Shown here: positions 45,229 to 53,803 of the stretch, piece after piece
Position numbering within the stretch: position 1 is the first letter of the stretch
How the letters are laid out: each line of letters begins with the position of its first letter
From: Oscillospiraceae bacterium
GTDB lineage: Bacteria; Bacillota; Clostridia; Oscillospirales; CAG-272
Length of the DNA stretch: 64,000 bases
Assembly: GCA_015063695.1 (NCBI GenBank)
Contig: SVTQ01000004.1
Location: forward strand, 3,784-67,783
Direction: 5' to 3'
The notes under the pieces: model-generated
What the model saw: only the letters and a program-made list of their open reading frames with translations
What the model was told of the DNA's origin: nothing
Databases searched by the model: none
Position numbers and translations under genes: made by a program

Positions 45229-48200
45229 TCAACCAAGTTCGTCTGCTGTGATATCCTTGTTGATGAGCTGCATGAGGAGAGCCTGGTCTCTGTTGTTTAC
45301 TCTGCCGTCACCGTTAAGGTCAGCATTTTCAATTATTACCTCATCTTCTGTAATATCCTTGTTGATGAGCTGCATGAAGAGAGCCTGGTCTCTGTTGTTT
45401 ACTCTGCCGTCATCGTTAAGGTCACCGAGGAGAAGGTCGGGTTCGTCGATAATTTCTTTTTCAAGAATTACGCCGCAAACTGTACATCTTGTTACAAGAT
45501 AACCGTCTTCTTCTGCGGGTTCGCCTGCTGTATGACCTGTTTCGGGAACGATAACTGCCTTGAGGTTAGTATTGAGGTTGCCTTCAGCATCAAGCCATGC
45601 ATATCCGCAAGCTTCGCAGTACCAGTACTCAATGTTACCGGCATCTGTACATGTAGGAGCTACTGCTTCAACGTGTGTAAGCTCTGCGTGTGCTGCGGGA
45701 AGAATTACTGCCTTGAGGTTTGTATTGAGCGTGCAATCTGCGTCGAGCCATGCATATCCGCATACGTCGCAGTACCAGTGCTCAATGTTACCGTTTTCGA
45801 AGCATGTAGGAGCTACTTCTTCAACGTGAATGATGTTGTGCTTGCATTCATCATCGATCTTTTCTTCGGCAATAACTACACCTGCATTTTCAAATTCAAC
45901 TGCAAGGTCGTTAAGGTCTGCATCAAACGTATCGTAAGGAAGATCGCAAATCAGAGCGATTTCATAGATACCTTCTGCTGCGCCTGCAAACGTAATTGTT
46001 ACTGCAGTACCGTCGCCGTAGTAGTTTTCGAGTTCATTAGCTTCATAGTATACAACCAATGCTCTCTTGCCTTCTGTAGATATACCGTTTTCCTCGAAAA
46101 CAGCAGAAATAACGGGAGAAGTTGCAGGATCCATGTTGTAGTCATCACCGAGTGTCATTTCGCCTTTTTCTGTAAAGATAACGTTACCGGATTCTACAGA
46201 AAGAATTTCGAGTGCATCATCAAATACAACGATGAATCTGGAGCCCCAGATACCGGGGTTGTTCTTGATGGAGATGTCTACGGTAAATTCTTCACCGGGA
46301 GCTGCTGTTACGTCGGAAGCAACGTACTGAAGTGCATCAGCTGCAGGAAGAGCGATCTCGAGAATTGTTTCGCCACATGCTGTACATGTGAGAACCTTAG
46401 CGTCGTCTGTGTATTCCCATTCGCCTGCTACGTGACCTGTTGCAGGAATGATCTCTTCGGAGATTGTTTCACCGCAAACTACACAGCTTACTGTGCTGGA
46501 ACCGTCTTCTGTACATGTGGGAGCAACTTCAACGGGTTCGCCTGCGATGTGTGCACATGCGGGCTTTTCTGTTACGTTGAGAGCACCTGCTGCGAATTCG
46601 TAAGCGATTTCTTCTTTAGCATTGTTGAAGCAGTCTTCAGCGAGAGCTGCAACACCGATCTCGTATGCGCCGATTTCAGCTGCTGCGAATTCGAGAGTTA
46701 CGAGTGTACCGTTACCGATAATATCAGCGAGTTCGTCTGCTTCAATGTAGATGCATACGAATTCCTTGCCTGCTGCGTCAACACCGCATTCAGCGAATGC
46801 TGCTTCTGCTGCTGCGAAGGAAGCGGGAGCCTGTTCGAATTCACCGATTGTGATTTCGGAGTCAGCTGCGATCTCACCGTTGTTTACGCCAACGAGTGTA
46901 AGAGCTGCATCGTAGTAAACGAAGATACGTGTTGCCCAGAAGCCGTCGTTACCTGTGAGGTATACGGGAACTGTAGCTGCGTTGCCTGTTACTACGCTTA
47001 CGTTGTCAACTGTGATTGTAGGAACGTTAGCGATTTCCTTTTCGTTCAGCTTTTCACCGCAAACTGCGCAGTACTGAACCATCATATCGCCTTCGATTAC
47101 CCATTCGCCTGCCTTATGGCCGGGAGCTGCGATAACCTTTGTTTCAACTTCGCCGCATGTGCCGCAAGTCTTTGTTTCGGAACCTGTTTCTGTACATGTG
47201 GGAGCTACTGTTACAACATCACCCCAAGCGTGGCCGGGAGCCTTTGTTGTCTTTGTTTCTGTCTTGCCGCAGAGACCGCAATTTCTTTCTTCGATCTTAT
47301 CTGTTGTGCAGTCGCCTTCCTGAGTTGTTTTCCAATCGGACCATTCGTGTTCGCAAACTACTTCGCGAGCTACGATCTCACCGGAAACCTTTTCAAGAGA
47401 AACGTTTTCATAATCTGCATTGTATACGTTTTCAGCGGAGTAAGCTACGCCGATTTCGTATGCTACGTCAGCACCTGCAGGTACTGCGAATGTTGCGCCG
47501 AAGAGGATGCCGTCAGCTGTTACGTCATCGAGGTCAGCACTTTCAAGATAGATAGCTGTTACCTTCTTACCTGCTGCATCAACACCGCATTCATCGAATG
47601 CAACTACGCAGTCTGCAAGGTAATCGGGAGCCATGTTGAATACGGATTCATCGTATGTGATCTCAGCGAATACGTCGCCTGCTTCGATAGCTGTGAGCTC
47701 GAGAGCTTCATCATAGTATACGTATACGAGCATACCGTAGATGCCGGGGTTGTATTCTACAGAAACGTTAACAGTTGCTTCTGCTTCTGTTTCAGCTTCG
47801 ATGGAGTCAACGATGATCTTGGAGATTTCTGTTGCGGGAATTGTTTCGGAAGCAACTACTTCGCCGCAAACTGTACAGCTCTTTGTTCTGAGACCTTCAG
47901 TTGTAGGACCGGGAGCTACTACTTCTACCCATTCACCGGATGTATGACCCTTAGCGGGAACGTCGATTGTTTCTGTGCTGCCGCATGCGGAACATGTTGC
48001 TGTTGCAATACCTGTTTCTGTACATGTGGGAGCCTTTGTTTCTACGTAATCACTCCAAGAGTGACCGAGAGCTGCGATAGGCTGTGTCTTTGTTGCGCCG
48101 CAGTTTGCACATGTTGCTGTTGCAACACCTGCTTCTGTACATGTGGGAGCCTTTGTTTCTACGTATTCTCCGTAGTCGTGACCGATAGGTGCAATAGAGG

Positions 48201-50883
48201 ATGTCTTTGTTGCACCGCAGTTAGCGCACGTTGCTGTTGCAACACCTGCAACTGTACATGTGGGAGCCTTTGTTTCAACTGCTTCACCGTATGCGTGGCC
48301 GAGAGCAGCAACGGGTGCTGTGTTCATGAGCTTGCCGCAGTTTACGCAAGACTGAGTCTTTTCGCCTGCAGCTGTACATGTGGGAGCCTTTGTTTCTACC
48401 CATTCACCTGCAACGTGGTCGCAAGGATCAAGTGCGGGAATAATGATAGCACCGTCGTTTGTGTAGTATTCGAGAGCAACGCCTTCGTTGTTTACTGTGT
48501 AACCGTCGAGAGCGATGATACCGATTTCGAATTCGTATGTATCATTGTTGGGAAGATCGAATACGAGAGTTGCGAGCTCGCCGTCGCCCTTAACGTTTTC
48601 AAGGGAGAGGCTTTCTGTGTAGAACTTATAGCAAAGAACGCCGTCAGTGGAAACGCCTGCTACAGCAAATGCTGCTGCCGCTGCTGCGTCTGTTGCGGGA
48701 TCTACGTTGTAGTAAGAATCGATGATCTTTTCGAAGAGTTCGCCTTCGATTACGCCGTTGAGGTCGAGAGCTGCGTCATAGTATACGTAGAAGCCCATGG
48801 ACCAGATACCGTCGTTACCAACGAAAGTAACGGGAACCTTAACGCCTGCCGCACCCTGAGCTGCTTCAACTGTTGCGATCGTTACTGTAGGATCGGGAAT
48901 AAGGGGTATAATTTCTGTGTCGATCGTTTCGCCGCATACTGCACACTTGAGTTCCTTAAGACCTGTTTCCTGTCTTGTAGCTTCCTTAGTTACTACCCAT
49001 TCGCCTTCCTTATGGCCGAGAGCGGGGATAACTGTGTGGCTGAGTTCTTCGCCGCATACTGTACATGTTACGGATGTGTAACCGTCAACTGTACATGTAG
49101 CTGCTACTGTTGTTGTTGTGGACTTGTGTCCTGTTTTGGGAAGAGTTTCAACGATCTTTTCGCCGCATACTGTACATGTGTAAGACTTGGAACCGTCTTC
49201 TGTACATGTGGGCTGAATAGTTGTAACTGCGCCCTGCTTGTGACCGAGAGCAGGAACAACAGATGTCTTTGTTTCGCCGCATACTGTACATGTGAAGAGC
49301 TTTTCACCGGGTGTTGTACATGTAGCTGCTGTAATTGTCTTGCCTGCATCCCAAGAATGGCCGAGAGCTGCGATATCTTCAACTTCTACCTTGCCGCAGT
49401 TGGGACATGTTCTTTCTCTTGAACCCTTTTCGGTACATGTGGGAGCCTTTGTTTCTGCCCAATCACCGAACTTGTGGCCTTCACCGTTTTCAGCGAATAC
49501 GTAACCGTAACCTGCTGTGAGAACATTGGAAGTTGCTGCTACTGCATTGGATGCAGAGTAACGGGAACCAACGTTATCAACGAAGAGTGTATATGTCTTA
49601 CATTCGTAGCTGTAAGATGTGTTTACGTTGGAGGAGTTAGCTGTTGTGATATAGATATCACCGCCGCACTGGTTAGCGCCGCAAGCGTTGCCGGAGAATG
49701 CGCCGCCTGTGATAACGAGTGCCTTAGCGTTTGTGGAAGTTACAGCGATAGCACCGCCGAACTGACCTGCTGTGTTATTTGTAATGAAACCGCCGGAAAC
49801 TGTGAGAGTACCGTTGCCGTCAACAAAGATACCGCCTGCACTGTACATCTGAGATGCGTTGCCGGAGATAGTACCGCCGGAAACTGTCATTGTACCGAGA
49901 TTGTATACAGCACCGCCGCAAGACTTAGCTGTGTTACCGGAAATTTCGCCGCCTGTGATGTTGAGAACACCTGTATTGTAGATCGCGCCACCGAAGAAGA
50001 TGGTGGGATCGCTCTTGTCTGTGTATGTAGCTGTATTGCCGGAGATAAGACCGCCGGAAATGTTAAGAGTACCCTGGTTGTAGAAACCGCCGCCGTTTCT
50101 TCTGGAGTTGTTATTGATAACGGAACCGTTTTCCATATTGAAGGTACCTGCAGCTGCGATGTGAACACCGCCTGCGCCGCCGCCCTGTTCGTTGGCAACG
50201 TTGTAGGAGATCTCGCCGCCGTACATATTGAATGTACCGCTTACTACGCCGATTGCACCGTTACGACCGTCGTTCTGACCGCCTTCGCCGCCGATAACGC
50301 CGCCGTACATATTAACAGTACCGCCTGCAACTGTGATAGCTGCGCCGAACTGAGTTGTAGCGGAACTGGAGTTGTGCATATGGATATTGGTAATAGAACC
50401 ACCGTTGATGTTAAGTGTACCTACAACTGTGATACCGCCGCCGCTTACAGCTGCGTTACCTCTGTTTGTTGTAAGAAGCGCACCGTCATTGAAGTTAAGA
50501 ATACCGCCGTCCTGGACAACGATCATTTCTGTTGCCAGCTGAGCTGTTTCATAACTTGTGCGGTTACCGTTCACTGTGATGTTTTCCAGTGTAAGTTCGC
50601 CGCCGTCTGCAACTACAAACATATAGGATTTGTAGCTTGCTGCTCTGAGGATGGAACTACCGTTTGTTGATGTGATAGTTGCCTTACCGCTTACGGTAAT
50701 GGATGCTGTAAGCTCGATGTTGGCTGTTACGTCGATAACGTCAGCACCGCTTGCCAGCGCGCTCTGCAACTGTGCAAGAGTTGCTGCTTCAGCTGCTACC
50801 GCAGATGCCGTGAAAGGCACGGAAGCGAGAAGCATGCAAACTACAAGCAGAATAGCAAAGCTTTTCTTGAAAGTGTTTCTCAT
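45229..50883 (-). CDS. secreted scaffoldin-like protein: signal peptide, beta-helix head, 18 His/Cys3 mini-modules, 4 cohesin-like modules, C-terminal dockerin
   Basis: 1884 aa. Signal peptide MRNTFKKSFAILLVVCMLLASVPFTASA. GGAIY/GGAVY/GGGFYN beta-helix repeats over aa ~30-465. Cohesin-like modules at aa 664-817, 1019-1173, 1287-1438 and 1516-1673. Duplicated dockerin DLNDDGRVNNRD / DLNGDGRVNNRD in the last 69 aa. Confidence 0.85.
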   Translation of the reverse strand: MRNTFKKSFAILLVVCMLLASVPFTASAVAAEAATLAQLQSALASGADVIDVTANIELTASITVSGKATITSTNGSSILRAASYKSYMFVVADGGELTLENITVNGNRTSYETAQLATEMIVVQDGGILNFNDGALLTTNRGNAAVSGGGITVVGTLNINGGSITNIHMHNSSSATTQFGAAITVAGGTVNMYGGVIGGEGGQNDGRNGAIGVVSGTFNMYGGEISYNVANEQGGGAGGVHIAAAGTFNMENGSVINNNSRRNGGGFYNQGTLNISGGLISGNTATYTDKSDPTIFFGGAIYNTGVLNITGGEISGNTAKSCGGAVYNLGTMTVSGGTISGNASQMYSAGGIFVDGNGTLTVSGGFITNNTAGQFGGAIAVTSTNAKALVITGGAFSGNACGANQCGGDIYITTANSSNVNTSYSYECKTYTLFVDNVGSRYSASNAVAATSNVLTAGYGYVFAENGEGHKFGDWAETKAPTCTEKGSRERTCPNCGKVEVEDIAALGHSWDAGKTITAATCTTPGEKLFTCTVCGETKTSVVPALGHKQGAVTTIQPTCTEDGSKSYTCTVCGEKIVETLPKTGHKSTTTTVAATCTVDGYTSVTCTVCGEELSHTVIPALGHKEGEWVVTKEATRQETGLKELKCAVCGETIDTEIIPLIPDPTVTIATVEAAQGAAGVKVPVTFVGNDGIWSMGFYVYYDAALDLNGVIEGELFEKIIDSYYNVDPATDAAAAAAFAVAGVSTDGVLCYKFYTESLSLENVKGDGELATLVFDLPNNDTYEFEIGIIALDGYTVNNEGVALEYYTNDGAIIIPALDPCDHVAGEWVETKAPTCTAAGEKTQSCVNCGKLMNTAPVAALGHAYGEAVETKAPTCTVAGVATATCANCGATKTSSIAPIGHDYGEYVETKAPTCTEAGVATATCANCGATKTQPIAALGHSWSDYVETKAPTCTETGIATATCSACGSTETIDVPAKGHTSGEWVEVVAPGPTTEGLRTKSCTVCGEVVASETIPATEISKIIVDSIEAETEAEATVNVSVEYNPGIYGMLVYVYYDEALELTAIEAGDVFAEITYDESVFNMAPDYLADCVVAFDECGVDAAGKKVTAIYLESADLDDVTADGILFGATFAVPAGADVAYEIGVAYSAENVYNADYENVSLEKVSGEIVAREVVCEHEWSDWKTTQEGDCTTDKIEERNCGLCGKTETKTTKAPGHAWGDVVTVAPTCTETGSETKTCGTCGEVETKVIAAPGHKAGEWVIEGDMMVQYCAVCGEKLNEKEIANVPTITVDNVSVVTGNAATVPVYLTGNDGFWATRIFVYYDAALTLVGVNNGEIAADSEITIGEFEQAPASFAAAEAAFAECGVDAAGKEFVCIYIEADELADIIGNGTLVTLEFAAAEIGAYEIGVAALAEDCFNNAKEEIAYEFAAGALNVTEKPACAHIAGEPVEVAPTCTEDGSSTVSCVVCGETISEEIIPATGHVAGEWEYTDDAKVLTCTACGETILEIALPAADALQYVASDVTAAPGEEFTVDISIKNNPGIWGSRFIVVFDDALEILSVESGNVIFTEKGEMTLGDDYNMDPATSPVISAVFEENGISTEGKRALVVYYEANELENYYGDGTAVTITFAGAAEGIYEIALICDLPYDTFDADLNDLAVEFENAGVVIAEEKIDDECKHNIIHVEEVAPTCFENGNIEHWYCDVCGYAWLDADCTLNTNLKAVILPAAHAELTHVEAVAPTCTDAGNIEYWYCEACGYAWLDAEGNLNTNLKAVIVPETGHTAGEPAEEDGYLVTRCTVCGVILEKEIIDEPDLLLGDLNDDGRVNNRDQALFMQLINKDITEDEVIIENADLNGDGRVNNRDQALLMQLINKDITADELG

Positions 50884-51003
50884 GTGCTTTCTCCTTTAAA
50901 AAAGAATAAAATTGAACCAATTGCAACACGGAAATTTCTCTTTGGAAATTGCGCCTTTCGGACAAATTCTTTAGTGACAATTTTCCATGGTAATCTTATC
51001 GTA

Positions 51004-51032
51004 ATTATATAGTAATTGACTACCAATGTCAA
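51004..51032 (-). promoter_or_regulatory. consensus sigma-A promoter of the giant gene
   Basis: The minus strand reads TTGACA, a 17-nt spacer, then TATAAT, about 120 nt upstream of the 50883 start. Confidence 0.55.
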
Positions 51033-51393
51033 GGGTTTACACAAAAAACACAATATAAAACGGGATTTTTTGTGTAATTGCACAAAAAAGACGTTTACTT
51101 TTTTAGCATTAAGTTTAACAGAAAATCGATTATTTAATAAACAGGCAGAAAAACAGCGACAAAACACCGCAAAAACCGATCTTTAATTTAAAAATACTTT
51201 ACACTTCGAGAAAAATATGATATAATTTCAAAGTATGAAGATTGTTATGTTTTTCTGACAAAAACAGTTTCTTCAGCAAAAGGGCACTTGCGTAACGCGG
51301 CATTTTTGTTTTATATTCACGCTCCCTGAAAGGGGGCATTATGCATTCAGTTGCAGCCGCTCACGCTTTGCACATATATAATAAGGAAGAAAA

Positions 51394-52260
51394 ATGATGA
51401 AAAACAAGAAGAAAAAAGACGTCAGAAGAGTAAAAACTCTCCCCCCGATGTCTGTTATCGTTCCTTTCATTATGAAGGACAGGGTAGGCAGTTCCAACCT
51501 TATGTACGACAAGATAAACACCGTGAAACTTGAAAGATACATAAAGGAAAAGCAGGTGTCGGAAGATATGAAAAACCTCTCGATGATGCACGTGCTTATC
51601 GCCGCCTACTGCAGACTTATTTCCCAGCGTCCCGCAATCAACAGATTTATAAGAGGACAGAGAGTTTATACAAGACGCAGTATTGAAGTTGCCCTTACAA
51701 TAAAAAAAGAAATGACCCTCGAATCCCCCGACACCGTTGTAAAAGTTACTCTCCAGCCCGATGCAACAATATATGACGTTTACGAAGCTCTGAACAAAGA
51801 GATAGTGAATTACAGAGACAATCCCGGCGGAGACTTTGACAACACCGCAAAGTTTCTCAGCTATATTCCCGCACTCGTACTTCGCGGAGTGATATCTCTT
51901 CTCACTTTCCTTGACTATTTCAATCTTCTGCCCAAATTCCTTCAAAAGGTCAGCCCCTTCCACTGCTCCATGTTCATAACCTCAATGGGCTCCCTCGGCA
52001 TTCCCGCGATCTACCATCATCTCTACGATTTCGGCACATGCCCTGCATTTATTGCTTTCGGAGCAAAGAGAAGACGTTACGAAGTAAATCCCGACGGCTC
52101 CGTATACAAGCATCAGTTCATGGACGTGAAATTTACTCTGGACGAGAGAATTTGTGACGGCTACTATTACGCAAAGGCTCTGAAGCTCTGGAAATCCTTC
52201 CTTAATGACCCGTGGTGTCTGGATGTTCCGCCCGAAAAGGTCGTTGAAGATATTGATTGA
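51394..52260 (+). CDS. CAT-fold / 2-oxoacid dehydrogenase E2 catalytic-domain-like acyltransferase family protein
   Basis: 288 aa. Overall pattern of stand-alone E2-catalytic-domain proteins. The usual DHRxxDG motif reads DERICDG here. Confidence 0.5.
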   Translation: MMKNKKKKDVRRVKTLPPMSVIVPFIMKDRVGSSNLMYDKINTVKLERYIKEKQVSEDMKNLSMMHVLIAAYCRLISQRPAINRFIRGQRVYTRRSIEVALTIKKEMTLESPDTVVKVTLQPDATIYDVYEALNKEIVNYRDNPGGDFDNTAKFLSYIPALVLRGVISLLTFLDYFNLLPKFLQKVSPFHCSMFITSMGSLGIPAIYHHLYDFGTCPAFIAFGAKRRRYEVNPDGSVYKHQFMDVKFTLDERICDGYYYAKALKLWKSFLNDPWCLDVPPEKVVEDID

Positions 52261-52319
52261 AAGATAAAAGGCTCCCTCCGGGGAGCTTTTTCAAATTGAA
52301 GCATCACAAATATCCGCTG

Positions 52320-52348
52320 TTGACTTTTTGGAGAATAAAAGGTATAAT
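52320..52348 (+). promoter_or_regulatory. consensus sigma-A promoter inside the annotated 5' end of ORF 52257..53162
   Basis: TTGACT, a 17-nt spacer, then TATAAT. This implies the real CDS starts downstream at 52380. Confidence 0.55.
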
Positions 52349-52379
52349 GTTTTTGATTATGTGTTCAAAGGAAGAAACG

Positions 52380-53162
52380 ATGGAAGCTGTCCGAAAAAGC
52401 GGAAATACCGCCATCAAAAGAAAAAAATCAGACCGTACCGCAAGTCCTGCTGTTTCCGTTGTAGCGAAAAATGACGGTGAATTCTTTCTTTTTCTCTGTC
52501 CTTTAAACAAAAACAGTATTCAAAAAGTCTGCTTCAAAACTCCCGACAGATGTATCGGAAGAACAACAGAGGTCTCTCCCGTTTTTCTGAACATGCTTAC
52601 TGAAGCGCAGAGAGGTATTTTCAGAAAAAACACTGTTCTCGGAACTGTATTTCTGACGGACGGCGACTCGGACGGATGTCTTATTCCCCTTGAAAAAGCA
52701 TCCGATCTTCCTCTGCTTCGGGACAAAGAGCTTTACTTCGGAGTTGACAGAAGAAGCCTTGCGGCAAGGCTTACGGGAACAAGAATTCACTTTGAAAAAG
52801 CGCTGTTTATAGACGTCTCAGAAAGCAGAATGGAAGCCTTTTTCTGCATTGGAGAACAGGTTGTCTCAGTCTTTCCGATTGATGTTTCAAAAGAGAGCTT
52901 TTCTTCTGCGGAAATAGTATTATCACTGATTTCAGAGCCTTCGGAAATCCTGAATTTTTCAGAGAATTTTGCTCCCGACATTCTCTTTATTTCTATTCCG
53001 ACTCCGACGGAAAAGGATATAAAACAAATTTCGTCCGTCTTTAACAAAAACGAAGAATGGAAAAACACAACCTTATTTTTCCGGCCGTCTGACGATGAAG
53101 AGCTTGCTCTGTTTGCGGCGAAAATTTTAGCGGACAAACAGCAAAAAGCCATGATAAAATGA
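52380..53162 (+). CDS. hypothetical protein
   Basis: 260 aa from the ATG at 52380 (MEAVRKSGNT), with AAGGAAG upstream and downstream of the promoter above. I recognise no family. Confidence 0.45.
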   Translation: MEAVRKSGNTAIKRKKSDRTASPAVSVVAKNDGEFFLFLCPLNKNSIQKVCFKTPDRCIGRTTEVSPVFLNMLTEAQRGIFRKNTVLGTVFLTDGDSDGCLIPLEKASDLPLLRDKELYFGVDRRSLAARLTGTRIHFEKALFIDVSESRMEAFFCIGEQVVSVFPIDVSKESFSSAEIVLSLISEPSEILNFSENFAPDILFISIPTPTEKDIKQISSVFNKNEEWKNTTLFFRPSDDEELALFAAKILADKQQKAMIK

Positions 53163-53180
53163 ATTAATGAGGAATTTTAT

Positions 53181-53612
53181 ATGAAAATAATAATGGCAGT
53201 TGACTACGGCGATGCGAGAACAGGCCTTGCAGTATGCGACAAGCTGGGAATGCTTGCAGTAGGCGCGGGATGCGTAAAATGCGAAGGCATGAAGAAGACC
53301 GTTGAAGCGGTTGCCGCGGAAGCCGCAAAAAGAAAAGCTGAAATAATAGTAGTGGGAAATCCCATAAACATGAACGGCACCGAAGGCCCCAGAAGCGAGA
53401 AGTGCCGTGCCTTCGCCGCCCTTCTCGGCGAGGCTTGCTCTCTCCCCGTGGAACTTTATGACGAAAGGCTTACCACAGTTTCAGCCCACCGTTTTCTCTC
53501 CGATGCCAACATCAGAGGAAAGAAGCGCAAGGACTCCGTTGACGAGCTTTCCGCAACCCTTATCCTGCAAGACTTTCTTGACCGAAACAGAAACAGAGAA
53601 GACCTTAAATAA
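53181..53612 (+). CDS. ruvX: Holliday-junction resolvase-like nuclease RuvX (YqgF)
   Basis: 143 aa. MAVDYGDARTGLAVCD N-terminus and the LSATLILQDFLD C-terminal motif. Confidence 0.9.
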   Translation: MKIIMAVDYGDARTGLAVCDKLGMLAVGAGCVKCEGMKKTVEAVAAEAAKRKAEIIVVGNPINMNGTEGPRSEKCRAFAALLGEACSLPVELYDERLTTVSAHRFLSDANIRGKKRKDSVDELSATLILQDFLDRNRNREDLK

Positions 53613-53803
53613 TTGTATTCCGACTTAAACATAATCTACCGCCAAAGGAGGTGTGAAAAACGAAAAAGGCAAAAAAGTTCATAAGACGTCAGCTTCTCAG
53701 AATTAAGAAGCCCTGGATAAGAACTATACTTTATCTTTGTATCGGAATAATTGTTCCCGAATATTTCACACCTGTTTTCCTCCTCCTTGCATTTGCTTCT
53801 GCT

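Noticed and set aside
45160-49422. 1420-aa ORF on the plus strand, the longest plus-strand ORF in the window
   Set aside because: It is exactly antisense to the 1884-aa surface-protein gene. Its product is Cys/Val/Phe-rich low-complexity sequence with no RBS or promoter. The stop-free frame is explained by the sense gene's biased codon set, which has few TTA/CTA/TCA codons. The same reasoning applies to 49474..50670.
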